Source: Candidatus Woykebacteria bacterium (GTDB lineage: Bacteria > Patescibacteriota > Microgenomatia > Woykebacterales > RBG-16-39-9b). Taken from it: 64,000 nt of DNA. Position numbers and translations under genes: made by a program. Numbering within the stretch: the stretch's first letter is position 1; each line of letters opens with the position of its first letter. The stretch covers positions 438,208 to 502,207 of the forward strand of contig JBBDPN010000001.1 in the NCBI GenBank assembly GCA_040876265.1, in the 5' to 3' direction. This document shows positions 44,389-54,344 of this stretch, one piece after another. The notes under the pieces are model-generated. The model did not search any database, was not told the DNA's origin, and saw nothing but the letters and a program-made list of their open reading frames with translations.

Positions 44389-45078
44389 CTAATTTTTCAC
44401 CTCCTCATCCTTTACACTTTCTTTCAGAATCTTAAGAGCTTCCTTTACCTTCTCGTGATACGTATCACCCTTTATCTTATCATTTTCGAAAAGGAAACTT
44501 CCTACCATGAGTATATTGGCTCCCACTTCTGTGCATTTTTTAGCAATCCCCGGTTCAATGCCACCATCAATTTCAATTCTTACATCCGGCCTCATATCTC
44601 GCAGTTGCTTGATTTTATCAAGTGTCCCGTGAACAAAATGTTGACCAGAAAAGCCTGGGTAGACCGAAAGGAGAAGTACAGTGTCGACTTTATCGATTAT
44701 ATGTTGGAGTCTTGATACGGGCGTATCAGGATTTAAAGAAAAACCAATCTGGAGATTATGTCGGCGGATATGATTGATCAGTCCAATCGGATCTCGAGCT
44801 GATTCGTACGGAACTATTATCCGACCAATACTGGCTTTATCTTTTATTTTCACAAACGGGTCCACCCAATCCTCGATATAATCAACCATTAGCTGGAGCT
44901 CAAGTTTTTTTCTCGTACGGAAGGCGCCGACCTCTTTTGGACCGATAGTGAGATTTCTGGCGAATTTATTATCAACTATATCCACCTGGATCCAGTCCAC
45001 CAACGGCTCAACCGCTTTAAATTTTTTATGATAGTCGGCAGGGGTTTTACTTAGGATCGCTGGAACTATTTCAACCAT
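44389..45078 (-). CDS. rpe: Ribulose-phosphate 3-epimerase
   Basis: IVPAIL, QVDIVD, LNPDTP, SVYPGFSGQ, IEIDGGI. Confidence 0.88.
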   Translation of the reverse strand: MVEIVPAILSKTPADYHKKFKAVEPLVDWIQVDIVDNKFARNLTIGPKEVGAFRTRKKLELQLMVDYIEDWVDPFVKIKDKASIGRIIVPYESARDPIGLINHIRRHNLQIGFSLNPDTPVSRLQHIIDKVDTVLLLSVYPGFSGQHFVHGTLDKIKQLRDMRPDVRIEIDGGIEPGIAKKCTEVGANILMVGSFLFENDKIKGDTYHEKVKEALKILKESVKDEEVKN

Positions 45079-45517
45079 GCTGCTCCTCTTGCTTTATTTT
45101 TCTTAACCTACGCTCAAACCTCTCTTTTTTGGCGTAAGGAGTAGAGAGCCAAGCTTCCAACACCTGTAACGCCTTTTTCTCATCCAGATAATCGGCCGGC
45201 AGGGCTAAAACGTTTGAATTATCATCTCTGCGACTACTGGCCGCGTGTTTGGGATCCCAGGACAGAGCTGCGCGCACGCCGGCCACCTTATTGGCTGCTA
45301 TTTCAACTCCGACACCGTTACGACAAAGTGCGACACCAAGATTGTTTGGATCTTCAGCAACTTTATGAGCAAGCGGAATTACAAAATCAGGAAAATCATC
45401 GCCTGGATCTAGCTTTTGCGGTCCAACATCCACCACTTCCTCTCCCCTCTCTTTGAGATATTTTTCAATTTCTTCTTTTAATTTGTATCCCCCGTGATCG
45501 CTAGCTAAATAGATCAT
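45071..45517 (-). CDS. rpiB: Ribose-5-phosphate isomerase B
   Basis: ASDHGG, DFPD, CRNGVG..IAANKV.GVRA, NVLAL. Confidence 0.92.
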   Translation of the reverse strand: MIYLASDHGGYKLKEEIEKYLKERGEEVVDVGPQKLDPGDDFPDFVIPLAHKVAEDPNNLGVALCRNGVGVEIAANKVAGVRAALSWDPKHAASSRRDDNSNVLALPADYLDEKKALQVLEAWLSTPYAKKERFERRLRKIKQEEQHG

Positions 45518-45628
45518 AGATTTCAGATATAAGAACTTAAGATTTAAAACCTACAGGCGAGCTTAGGTTGCTGGTTCGAGTGGTTTAACGATAGTTTAAA
45601 CGAGAAACAGCAACCGAGCTCGCAAAAG

Positions 45629-46645
45629 TCACCCCTTGATTTGTTTTCCCGCTCGAATCACCTGCTCTATCAGGCGGTGCGAATAACCTATCTCATTGTC
45701 ATACCAGGCAAATACTTTTACCAGGTCTCCATCTACTACTTGCGTCAAGGATAAATCGACGATGGAACTCTCGGTCCGACCAACAATATCTGATGAAACC
45801 AACGGTTCTTCGGTAACTGCCAAAACTCCTTTGTATACCGGGTTAGCAGACGCTTCCTCGAACGCTTTATTTACTTCCTCGGTCGTTACTTTTTTCTTGA
45901 GCAGAAAGGTGAAATCTGAGATGGATCCAACTGGTGTTGGTACGCGAATAGCTGCTCCATCAAAAAGTCCTTTGAGTTCCGGGATCGCTTCGGTTGTCGC
46001 AATTGCTGCACCAGTAGTGGTGGGGACAATATTTTCCGCTGCTGCTCGAGCGCGTCGCAAATCCTTGTGTGGCCCATCCTGCAAATTTTGATCGGCAGTG
46101 TAACTGTGAACTGTAGTCATTAGTGCCTTGGCGACACCAAACTTCGCGTGCATCACCGCTGCCACCGGTGCGATACAATTTGTCGTGCAGGAAGCATTAT
46201 TTATTATCTGCTCACTACCGTCATCTTTTTCTGCGTTTACCCCGATCAGATACGTACCAATATCCCCGCCTTTGGCTGGGGCAGAGATAACTACCCTCTT
46301 TGCACCGACTTTGATGTGACCCATGCTGCCTTCTTTGTTGGTGAAAAATCCGGTTGATTCAATCACTACATCTACACCAAGTTCTCGCCACGGCAAGTTT
46401 GCTGGTTCTTTTTCTGAAAAGATTTGGTATTTTTTGCTACCGACTTCTATATTATTACCGCTTGAGGAAACTTTTTTATCGTAAACCCCGTACGCAGTAT
46501 CGTATTTGAGTAGATGAGCAAGAGTAGCAGCGTCGGTAAGATCATTAATCCCAACAATAACGACTTCATTTTTGTGGTGATCGAGGGCAACTTTAAAAGC
46601 ACTCCGACCAATACGCCCAAAACCGTTGATAGCTACTTTAAGCAT
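45629..46645 (-). CDS. gap: Glyceraldehyde-3-phosphate dehydrogenase type I
   Basis: INGFGRIG, NASCTTNC, WYDNE. Confidence 0.97.
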   Translation of the reverse strand: MLKVAINGFGRIGRSAFKVALDHHKNEVVIVGINDLTDAATLAHLLKYDTAYGVYDKKVSSSGNNIEVGSKKYQIFSEKEPANLPWRELGVDVVIESTGFFTNKEGSMGHIKVGAKRVVISAPAKGGDIGTYLIGVNAEKDDGSEQIINNASCTTNCIAPVAAVMHAKFGVAKALMTTVHSYTADQNLQDGPHKDLRRARAAAENIVPTTTGAAIATTEAIPELKGLFDGAAIRVPTPVGSISDFTFLLKKKVTTEEVNKAFEEASANPVYKGVLAVTEEPLVSSDIVGRTESSIVDLSLTQVVDGDLVKVFAWYDNEIGYSHRLIEQVIRAGKQIKG

Positions 46646-46789
46646 GATTTAGCTCCTTTAGTCCACTTTAGTGGTCGCAGCACGCAGAGTTTTCGGGTTC
46701 GGCACGGAGTGCGGAACGCATAGAATACGAGCGTGCTATATTTACTATAGACAACACGCAGTTCAAACGCAACTGCTAAGAGGGTGTTT

Positions 46790-47494
46790 TTACTGAAGAA
46801 TATTGATCAAACTTTCAACATTGGCAAATCTTGCTAAGTTTTGGGTAAAAACTAAGACGCCGATACCCAACAGAACAGCCCCAAAAACTATTCGAATGTA
46901 ACGCATGGCCTTGGCGTATTTACTGATAAGCCTTGAAGCTGAAGCGGCGAACAAACCCACAACGAGGAAGGGCAGAGCCAATCCCAAAGAATATGAAAAA
47001 AGTAGGACAAAGGCCGATCCAGGTGCAGTTGCCGCCAGTCCCAAAATGGCACCGAGTACCGCTCCCACACATGGCGTCCACCCAGCGGCAAAAGCAGCTC
47101 CAAAGACAAACGCGGTCAAATATTTTGATTTAAATTTGGTTTGAACATTAAACCGATGCTCCCTTTCTAAAAAGGGTAAATGAATAAATTCCATGAGATA
47201 AAGACCAAAGAAAATTATGAGAATACCACCAACCCGTGACAGCCAAGCCTGAGCGTCAAAAGCGATACTTTCTAAAATTGTGTTTAGCAGTACACCCAAC
47301 AAGGAAAATATCAGCGTAAAACCTAATACGTAAAATATAGTAGTGATGAATATTTCGGCTCGCCTATTTTCTGCTTCAGCAATATTAGTTCCAGATAAAT
47401 AAGATAAAAACGCGGGGACCAGCGGCAATACGCAAGGGGATAAAAAAGAAATAAGTCCAGCAACAAAAGCAAATATTATCGGTACTTCAGTCAT
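46790..47494 (-). CDS. ccdA: CcdA/DsbD-type thiol-disulfide transmembrane protein
   Basis: SFLSPCVLPLVP and GWTPCVG. Confidence 0.9.
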   Translation of the reverse strand: MTEVPIIFAFVAGLISFLSPCVLPLVPAFLSYLSGTNIAEAENRRAEIFITTIFYVLGFTLIFSLLGVLLNTILESIAFDAQAWLSRVGGILIIFFGLYLMEFIHLPFLEREHRFNVQTKFKSKYLTAFVFGAAFAAGWTPCVGAVLGAILGLAATAPGSAFVLLFSYSLGLALPFLVVGLFAASASRLISKYAKAMRYIRIVFGAVLLGIGVLVFTQNLARFANVESLINILQ

Positions 47495-47497
47495 TTC

Positions 47498-48070
47498 TTA
47501 TAGAGATTTATTAATTTCATCTATATATCTTTCTTTCTCCCAGCTTTCTGGAGATTTCAGGATACGTTCACCGTTTTTTAGAAAGACTTTGGTGTGCTGA
47601 TAAGCGATCCCAAATTCGCGAGCCAGCTCTACCTCATCATCATCCGTATCACTATCATTAAAATTAACCCTGAAACCAATTACTTCGTCTGCCTCCAGCT
47701 CATCAAACACTTCTTCCATCTTGGGAAACTCTTCGCGGCAAGTAGGGCACCAATTGGCGTAAAAATACAAAACAATTAGTTTGCCGGTTTGCAAAGCTTT
47801 GTCATAATCAGCCTTTTCAAAAGAGAGGAGTGGAGATGAACTACCAGCCAAGAGTGTGCCAGAAAAGCCTTCCGCAGAATTTTGGTTGGTAGCTGAAGCG
47901 GTCGCGGAGTTTTTGTCTTCCGTCTGGTTAACTTGTTGTGACGAAGTTTCTTCGCCACTCTTTTTTGAATTTGCGCTCTGGAAAAAATACCCTAATAACC
48001 CAAGTACCAAGGCTAATGAAATACCGCCTACCAATATTGGAGCCAGGCCCTTTTGACGTAAGTTCACCAC
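47498..48070 (-). CDS. Membrane-anchored thioredoxin-like protein
   Basis: FYANWCPTC, YQHT; adjacent to ccdA. Confidence 0.85.
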   Translation of the reverse strand: MVNLRQKGLAPILVGGISLALVLGLLGYFFQSANSKKSGEETSSQQVNQTEDKNSATASATNQNSAEGFSGTLLAGSSSPLLSFEKADYDKALQTGKLIVLYFYANWCPTCREEFPKMEEVFDELEADEVIGFRVNFNDSDTDDDEVELAREFGIAYQHTKVFLKNGERILKSPESWEKERYIDEINKSL

Positions 48071-48207
48071 GCCTACATTATACCATTGTAGGTAATTCCT
48101 CTTATAAATTGTCGTGATGATATTGCAGTCGGAGATGGAAAAGAGCGCCCAAATCTAGTACGTTGATTGACCTTTAAAAAGTGTGAGACTAGTACCAACC
48201 ACCTACG

Positions 48208-48921
48208 TCAAAGGGCCGATTTAATCATATCAAACCAAAATCTATGGCCTTCATCATTTGGGTGTAACCCATCGCTACTTGTGTCTTTTTTATAGTCCGA
48301 AGGATTTACTGGTGGAGCTAATGGACTTATATGAACAACGTTTGAATATTTCTTGGCTTCTTTTGAAATAATTTCAGCATACTTTGGTGCTTGAATTTTG
48401 TGAATCAATCGTACAGGAAAGGGAATTATTGCAGCCTCAAATACCCTGCCGGGACCAACAATTATCAATTTGTCAGTGAGTTTTGCGTATTTCTCTAAAA
48501 CTTCTTTGGTTTCTTCTTCAAATGAAAAAAGGCTAGTAAAATTCAATAAATTGTTAGACGAGACAATGAGGATTACTAAATCTTGTTTTTCCTCGGGTGG
48601 CTTTGTTGACAGCATGTCTGCCATGCGATTTCCATTTTCCGCCCTGTTGGTTAGAACAACATAGTTTTCTTCCGCTAAGTAGTTAGCCACTCTACCGGAG
48701 ACGCTAGTATCAAAACTACTTGCACCAACCCCTGTCGCCACACTATCACCCGCTATAAAAATTTCTAGCTGTCGATTGGATTTATTTCCAAGTTGTACAT
48801 CCTGCGTATAAGTAGTTTTTACTAGATTTCTTGACTGAATATAAAATCGTCCTGAATAGACTATTTGGAGTACAAGATAAAGAGCTAAAATTCCTATAAT
48901 TATTAGCATGGTTTTTTTCAT
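48208..48921 (-). CDS. SGNH/GDSL hydrolase, membrane-anchored
   Basis: AGDSVATGVG, SSNN, DGLHPN. Confidence 0.85.
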   Translation of the reverse strand: MKKTMLIIIGILALYLVLQIVYSGRFYIQSRNLVKTTYTQDVQLGNKSNRQLEIFIAGDSVATGVGASSFDTSVSGRVANYLAEENYVVLTNRAENGNRMADMLSTKPPEEKQDLVILIVSSNNLLNFTSLFSFEEETKEVLEKYAKLTDKLIIVGPGRVFEAAIIPFPVRLIHKIQAPKYAEIISKEAKKYSNVVHISPLAPPVNPSDYKKDTSSDGLHPNDEGHRFWFDMIKSAL

Positions 48922-48980
48922 CAGTTGAATATGAATAATAACTTTACATTGGATAATTTTCAAGCTAATGTTAGGCTAAG

Positions 48981-49694
48981 ATGAGGAAGAAACTATTCCT
49001 CAAATTTCTGGTTGTTTTCCTGGTTGCGTTTATCGTAAGTGTGGTCCTTCAGAGAATTTTCCAAATCAGCCTGAAAGATCTGGAAACTTTAGTAAATTCA
49101 TTCGGGTTACTAGCACCAATCGCTTACTCGATTATCCTCACCCTTGGGCTCTCTGTACCTTTCAACCCGGTATCCGATTACTTGACCGTAAATTTGGCAG
49201 CTTTCCTGTTTTCACCTGCAACCGCAATAATCGGCACCTTTGTGGCTCATAGCCTAGGTCTAAGTATAAATTATTGGGTGGCTAGTAGATTTGGTTGGAA
49301 AATATTATCGAGATTAGTCAGCCACCAAGAAGCAAATTACCTAGCGGACCTTGCAGAAAAAATAAAACTTTCTCAAATTTTTTGGTTGCGCTGGTTGCTA
49401 CCTCTAACCGCAGTTGGGATAGACTTTGTTAGTTACGCTGCAGGATTGGCGAGCCTCAACTTCGTACGATTTTATTTAGTCAGTATAATTCCTTGGACCG
49501 TTCTTAATATTTTATTTTTCTCTTCAACCAATTTTGTGATTGATAGGTCAACCATTCTTTTCTTCATCCCCGGTCTGATCATAGTCGCCACACCGCTAGC
49601 AGTTCTTTACCTGGCTCGCAAAAACATCCACACAAAGGGAAGAGATGCGTTGCTGAAAGTAGCCAAAAACCTGAAGCCTAGAACCAGAGGTTAG
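48981..49694 (+). CDS. DedA/VTT (TVP38/TMEM64, SNARE-associated) membrane protein
   Basis: INYWVASRFG, LRWLLP..DFVSYAAGL; multiple TM helices. Confidence 0.8.
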   Translation: MRKKLFLKFLVVFLVAFIVSVVLQRIFQISLKDLETLVNSFGLLAPIAYSIILTLGLSVPFNPVSDYLTVNLAAFLFSPATAIIGTFVAHSLGLSINYWVASRFGWKILSRLVSHQEANYLADLAEKIKLSQIFWLRWLLPLTAVGIDFVSYAAGLASLNFVRFYLVSIIPWTVLNILFFSSTNFVIDRSTILFFIPGLIIVATPLAVLYLARKNIHTKGRDALLKVAKNLKPRTRG

Positions 49695-49714
49695 TTTTCT
49701 ATAAAATATTCTTA

Positions 49715-50488
49715 ATGTTTAATGACCTCATCCTGGCGTTGATATTAATATTTTTTATCCAGACCTTTTTCTTTGCCCTTGCGACCATATACAAAACAGA
49801 TAAATTCACTGATCTTGCCTACGGCGTAACTTTTGTAATCATAGCCGGTTTATATTTTTTACTTGGCCCAGCGTCCGGTCCTGTTCCAGTAATTTTGGCG
49901 TTTTTAATTTCTCTTTGGGGCATAAGACTCGCTGGGTTTCTATTTATGAGAATTCTAGCTGTTGGAAGGGATTATCGTTTTGATAGGGTTCGCGATGACC
50001 TGCTCAAATTTGGCGGTTTTTGGCTGCTTCAGGTAGTTACAATTTGGATAATTCTCCTACCAACTCTCGTAATTTTAAGCAGCTCTTTCAGGTTTGACCT
50101 AAACCTAGTTTCTATCTTTGGAATATTCATTTGGGCGGTTGGGTTTTTGACTGAGGTAGCAGCCGATCAACAAAAGGCGGCTTTTCGCGGGAGACCGGAA
50201 AACAGCGGTAAATGGATCCAAAGCGGAATTTGGAAATATTCTCGCCATCCAAATTATTTTGGCGAGATGCTAGTCTGGTGGGGAATCTTCCTCATTGCGC
50301 TTCCTTTTTTAAGAAACTGGGAATACCTAACCGTTATTAGCCCTATCTTTATAACTTCACTTCTCCTATTTGTTAGTGGTATTCCACCTCTTGAGAAAAA
50401 AGCGGATGAGAGATTTGGATCAATTCCAGAATACCAAAATTATAAATCCCGAACATCTCTTCTTATACCCTTACCTCCGAAAAGTTAA
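49715..50488 (+). CDS. DUF1295 family membrane protein
   Basis: WGIRLA.FL..R..D.RF, ADQQK..F, G.WKYSRHPNYFGE, SGIP.LE. Confidence 0.88.
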   Translation: MFNDLILALILIFFIQTFFFALATIYKTDKFTDLAYGVTFVIIAGLYFLLGPASGPVPVILAFLISLWGIRLAGFLFMRILAVGRDYRFDRVRDDLLKFGGFWLLQVVTIWIILLPTLVILSSSFRFDLNLVSIFGIFIWAVGFLTEVAADQQKAAFRGRPENSGKWIQSGIWKYSRHPNYFGEMLVWWGIFLIALPFLRNWEYLTVISPIFITSLLLFVSGIPPLEKKADERFGSIPEYQNYKSRTSLLIPLPPKS

Positions 50489-50501
50489 TTAACAACTTAT
50501 T

Positions 50502-50670
50502 ATGCTCGATCAATTGAAGAAAGACTTACGAAAATTTTCTAGTCCGCAAAAAGCGAAGCTTTTGCAAAGGTTTTTTAAAACTGGTCCCGGCGAGTATGGC
50601 GAAGGTGATAAATTCCTCGGGTTAAAAGTACCTGAATCTCGCCCAATTGCAAAAAAATATGAGGACATGT
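50502..50670 (+). pseudogene. alkD: Truncated DNA alkylation repair protein (AlkD-like) N-terminus
   Basis: [34 protein letters not shown], after which similarity stops at the edge of a GC-rich insert. Confidence 0.75.
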
Positions 50671-50822
50671 TTTCTCACTTTGTTCGAAAATGGAAAAGGC
50701 CCCGGGTCTTGCTTGGTTAGCAAGTCGGAGCCTATCCAACTGAATTCCGGTTTTCGCGGGCGGAATCTCAAGGGACAAGAAGACAAGGAGCTCAAGGCTC
50801 CAAGCTTCAAATCCCAAGAACA

Positions 50823-51731
50823 CTACCCGGAGAAGCCAGACGCCGAGCCACAGCTGTCGTAGGCATGGCGGAGCCATCTGCTGCAGAACTCGAGCCGACC
50901 GCCGACGAATCGGACGTACAGGCAGCGCCCGAACCCCACTTCGCCCTCGAATCGGTACTCATCACCGGGGCAGTCGATCCAGAGGATCTCGTAAGCCTCG
51001 AGACGGCCTGGGTTGGTGAGGAGGATGTGTCCCACGCACCAGGCTGGTAGCGGGAATTCATTCTCGCTCTTGTGCTCGATATCCCAGCGGGCGTTCTGTG
51101 GGCTATATCCACCCCACTTCATACCTGTCTGGGCAGGGAACACCAGGAAGTCTCCCTCCGGCTGTTCCGCTTCGAGCTTGCGAATCTCGTCGGCGGCCGA
51201 CTGCCTCATTCGCACCCGGTCGGGTGTGAGCTGACCAGCGCGGTAGTTCTTGAACTTCCGCTGCTTTTCCAAGCGATCCAAGAGGCTGCCTTCGAGCAAC
51301 TGGCCATAGCCTTCGACGAGCGGGTCGACCGTGATGCCGAGTTTCGCAGCGATACTGCTTGGCTTGGGAACCACGAACAATCCGTCGGCAGCTTCGGGAA
51401 CCGTAATTCCCGCAGCGTATCCTTCGACGTGCGAACCGTTGAGGGCCAGGTCAACGTAGACCTCCTGCAAGATAGCGAGCTGCCCCTCTACCGTGGTCGG
51501 TTTCCAGCCGTCCGGGTAGAACCAGCGTAGCTCCTCCTTCTCCTCGGCGAACGGGTTGACCACTTCCTTGACTGCTGCCTCGAAAGTGGCTTGATCGATC
51601 ACGCCGCGACCGATCACTTGGATTGCGCCCCAGTTTGAAATGAGGTTCTGTGCGAACCCCCTGGGGTCAGGCTTTTCCTGTGAGATCAAGTTAAGTACCT
51701 TGATCCCCTGCGGAAGGGTTGCATCTGTCAC
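50823..51731 (-). CDS. Probable diversity-generating-retroelement target (variable) protein
   Basis: Visibly GC-richer than its flanks. C-terminus WIDCPGDEY..RCLYVRFVGGRLEFCSRWLRHAYDSCGSASGFSG with dense NNC/NNT codons. Own promoter TTGCAA-17-TATAAT and SD GAGGAG. Confidence 0.6.
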   Translation of the reverse strand: MTDATLPQGIKVLNLISQEKPDPRGFAQNLISNWGAIQVIGRGVIDQATFEAAVKEVVNPFAEEKEELRWFYPDGWKPTTVEGQLAILQEVYVDLALNGSHVEGYAAGITVPEAADGLFVVPKPSSIAAKLGITVDPLVEGYGQLLEGSLLDRLEKQRKFKNYRAGQLTPDRVRMRQSAADEIRKLEAEQPEGDFLVFPAQTGMKWGGYSPQNARWDIEHKSENEFPLPAWCVGHILLTNPGRLEAYEILWIDCPGDEYRFEGEVGFGRCLYVRFVGGRLEFCSRWLRHAYDSCGSASGFSG

Positions 51732-51888
51732 GATGCCGCTCCTCTCTTTGAAAGCTTCTCTCGAAGCGCTCTCCGATTATTCAGTTGTTGGTGGAATTAT
51801 AGCATAAATAGGCACAAATTGCAACTATAGGATATTCCTACGGGGTTTGTTGGGCTGGTAAGGCTGTGTTAATGTATAATTTGAAGCT

Positions 51889-52761
51889 ATGAATGTCATC
51901 CGCATCAAAAATTTGAAAAAATATTTTGGTAAGACCCGCGCTGTGGATGGTATTTCTTTTGACGCTGGAGAGGGCGAAATCTTAGGTTTTTTGGGGCCAA
52001 ACGGCGCTGGGAAAACTACTACCATTCGCTGCATGATGGATTTTATTCGGCCCACGAGCGGAACGATTGAGATTTTTGGCCTCGACGCTCAGAAAAACGC
52101 GGCGAAACTAAAAAAGGACATTGGCCATCTTTCCAGCGAATCTACCCTGTATGATTCTTGGACAGGCAAAGAACATATAGAGCTGCTGGAAAAAATCCGA
52201 GGGGCCAACGATTTTGGCAACAAGCTAATCAAGGATTTAAAGTTTGACCCTCGCAAAAAAGCAAAAGCTCTTTCTACCGGCAATCGACGGAAACTGGGAA
52301 TCATATTGGCTCTCATGCACCAACCCAAGCTTTTGCTTTTGGACGAACCAACAGTTGGCCTAGATCCACTTCTCCAAAATTACATTTACGATTTGCTAAA
52401 GAAACAAGTGATGAGCGGAAAGACGGTTTTCATGTCTTCTCATAATCTGGCAGAGGTAGAAAAAATTTGTGATCGAGTAGTAGTACTGCGGGACGGAAAG
52501 ATCGTGGCTGTAGAAAAAGTAAGCGAAATCCGCGCCAAGAAAATCTACACTATTAGTGCTTATTTTGAAGGCGAAGTACCCAAAAAAGAATTAAGCGGGG
52601 ATGGTGCTCAGGTTGTCGAAGAATTTTCCGATGGTTTGGCTTTAAAAGTCAAAGGTAATATCAAACCAATAATCGCGCGGTTGAGCCGGTATAAAAATCT
52701 GAAAGACGTTACTATCTCCCACGCCAGTTTGGAAGAAGTATTTATGGAGTTTTATAGATAA
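51889..52761 (+). CDS. ABC transporter ATP-binding protein
   Basis: GPNGAGKTT, LSTGN, LLLLDEPT, SSH. Confidence 0.93.
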   Translation: MNVIRIKNLKKYFGKTRAVDGISFDAGEGEILGFLGPNGAGKTTTIRCMMDFIRPTSGTIEIFGLDAQKNAAKLKKDIGHLSSESTLYDSWTGKEHIELLEKIRGANDFGNKLIKDLKFDPRKKAKALSTGNRRKLGIILALMHQPKLLLLDEPTVGLDPLLQNYIYDLLKKQVMSGKTVFMSSHNLAEVEKICDRVVVLRDGKIVAVEKVSEIRAKKIYTISAYFEGEVPKKELSGDGAQVVEEFSDGLALKVKGNIKPIIARLSRYKNLKDVTISHASLEEVFMEFYR

Positions 52762-52762
52762 T

Positions 52763-53572
52763 ATGTTTTCATTATTTTTAAAAACTATTCGAAAAAACAT
52801 TTTTGGGCTCGCCGTTTACACTCTTATAAGTGCTGCTTTTGTCTGGATGTACGTGGCCTTTTACCCATCCCTGGCGAAGGAAAGCGAAATACTAAAAAAA
52901 TCTTTTGAAGCGCTGCCAAAAGAATTTTTCCAGGCGTTTGATATTGAAATTGGAACGTATTTTAGCTCCCTTGAAGGTTTTCTCTCTGGGGAATATTTCA
53001 GTATCATCTGGCCAATAGTTCTTATTATCCTGACCATTGCGTACGCTTCTACCTCTATAGCAGGGGAGGTTGAAAAAGGTACTATCGAGCTGCTACTTGC
53101 CCAACCTATCTCCCGTTTAAAAATTTTCTTGGCAAAATATTTCTCTGGCATAGTGATAATTGCCGCTTTCGTGCTGCTTTCCAATTTTTCTGCCGTTCCT
53201 TTTGCCGCGCTACACAATGTGGATTATCAACTTCAAAACTACCTAACTATGTCTATTATTGGATTTCTTTTTGGTTTCGCTATCTTTGGTATTTGCACGT
53301 TGCTTTCGAGTCTGTCTTCCACCAAAGGGCGTCCGGCGGCCATTACTGGAGGGGTATTGATCATCATGTACGCCCTAAATATATTTTCGGCGTTCCAAGA
53401 GTCCATAGATAATCTGAAATTTGCTTCTTTTTTCCACTACTACGATTTTAAAGAAGCCATAGTAAACAATAGCATTGATATAACCAACGTTTCTCTATTT
53501 TTAGCGGTGGGAATAATCACTACCGTGGCGGCTACCGTGGTCTTCATCAAAAGAGATATATCCACCACCTAA
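52763..53572 (+). CDS. ABC-2 type transporter permease
   Basis: IAGEVEKGTIELLLAQPISR; about six TM helices; ends KRDI. Confidence 0.88.
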   Translation: MFSLFLKTIRKNIFGLAVYTLISAAFVWMYVAFYPSLAKESEILKKSFEALPKEFFQAFDIEIGTYFSSLEGFLSGEYFSIIWPIVLIILTIAYASTSIAGEVEKGTIELLLAQPISRLKIFLAKYFSGIVIIAAFVLLSNFSAVPFAALHNVDYQLQNYLTMSIIGFLFGFAIFGICTLLSSLSSTKGRPAAITGGVLIIMYALNIFSAFQESIDNLKFASFFHYYDFKEAIVNNSIDITNVSLFLAVGIITTVAATVVFIKRDISTT

Positions 53573-53638
53573 GCACAACCTCAACTTGCACCCCACCAAA
53601 CAAAGTACATATTTTGAGAAGCTTGGGGGTTATTAGTT

Positions 53639-54193
53639 TTAAAATGGACCAGATCTTGCCTCTTCAACGTGACTTTCTCCAAATGAAATTTTGAATTTCC
53701 CATCTGTATAGCTAACGGAAAGATTATCTGCTCTAGTACTTTCGGTGAGCTTTTGGGCATCAACATAACTTCTGGTTACAACGCCACTTTGGACAAGGCG
53801 TTCCTTTGCTTGCGTCATCTGGGTAAAATAGGCCGGATCCCTTTGTTGCTCTTCGTAGGAGAGGTTCCCACCAGCAACCGCAGTTTCGGTAGGATTGGTG
53901 CCGTTTTTTCGCAAATCCTCCAGAAACTCCGAAACTTCTTGATCAATGATCGGATGAGTAAACATGAAGTGTTTTGCAAAGATGATCTCCCGCTCCCTAT
54001 CGTACCCAACTAATCCGATACAGGGGCCCAAACCTTCCATTGACAGTTCTCCACCATCTGGTGCCTCTACTACGGCAGTTTCGCCCGTGTCCAGCTCTTT
54101 CGCATCAAACTCTTCAAATTTTTCTGTTTCAAGTGTCCCCGCGTCAGAGCCAGCTTCAGGAATATCTGCAGGATCAAATGGGATTTCGCTCAT
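53639..54193 (-). CDS. CheD-like (CheD/CNF1/YfiH fold) putative deamidase
   Basis: EGLGPCIGLVGYD......AKHFM..AVAGG parallels CheD T.GLGSCV....YD....G..H.ML..GG. Confidence 0.55.
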   Translation of the reverse strand: MSEIPFDPADIPEAGSDAGTLETEKFEEFDAKELDTGETAVVEAPDGGELSMEGLGPCIGLVGYDREREIIFAKHFMFTHPIIDQEVSEFLEDLRKNGTNPTETAVAGGNLSYEEQQRDPAYFTQMTQAKERLVQSGVVTRSYVDAQKLTESTRADNLSVSYTDGKFKISFGESHVEEARSGPF

Positions 54194-54344
54194 ACAGTTT
54201 AATCTTATTAAAAAATCCCTGCTAATAGCAACTTAAGACTGATCCTGTATTTAGGAGATTGATCTATTTGATCCTCCTTTACTCACGAGGCTGCCTAGCT
54301 TAGAATATGGCTCCTGCCCTTTATTTATTGCTAATTTCTCACTA

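Noticed and set aside
50670-51830. Complete DGR or IS element
   Set aside because: No reverse transcriptase, template repeat, accessory gene, transposase or terminal inverted repeats were seen in the window.
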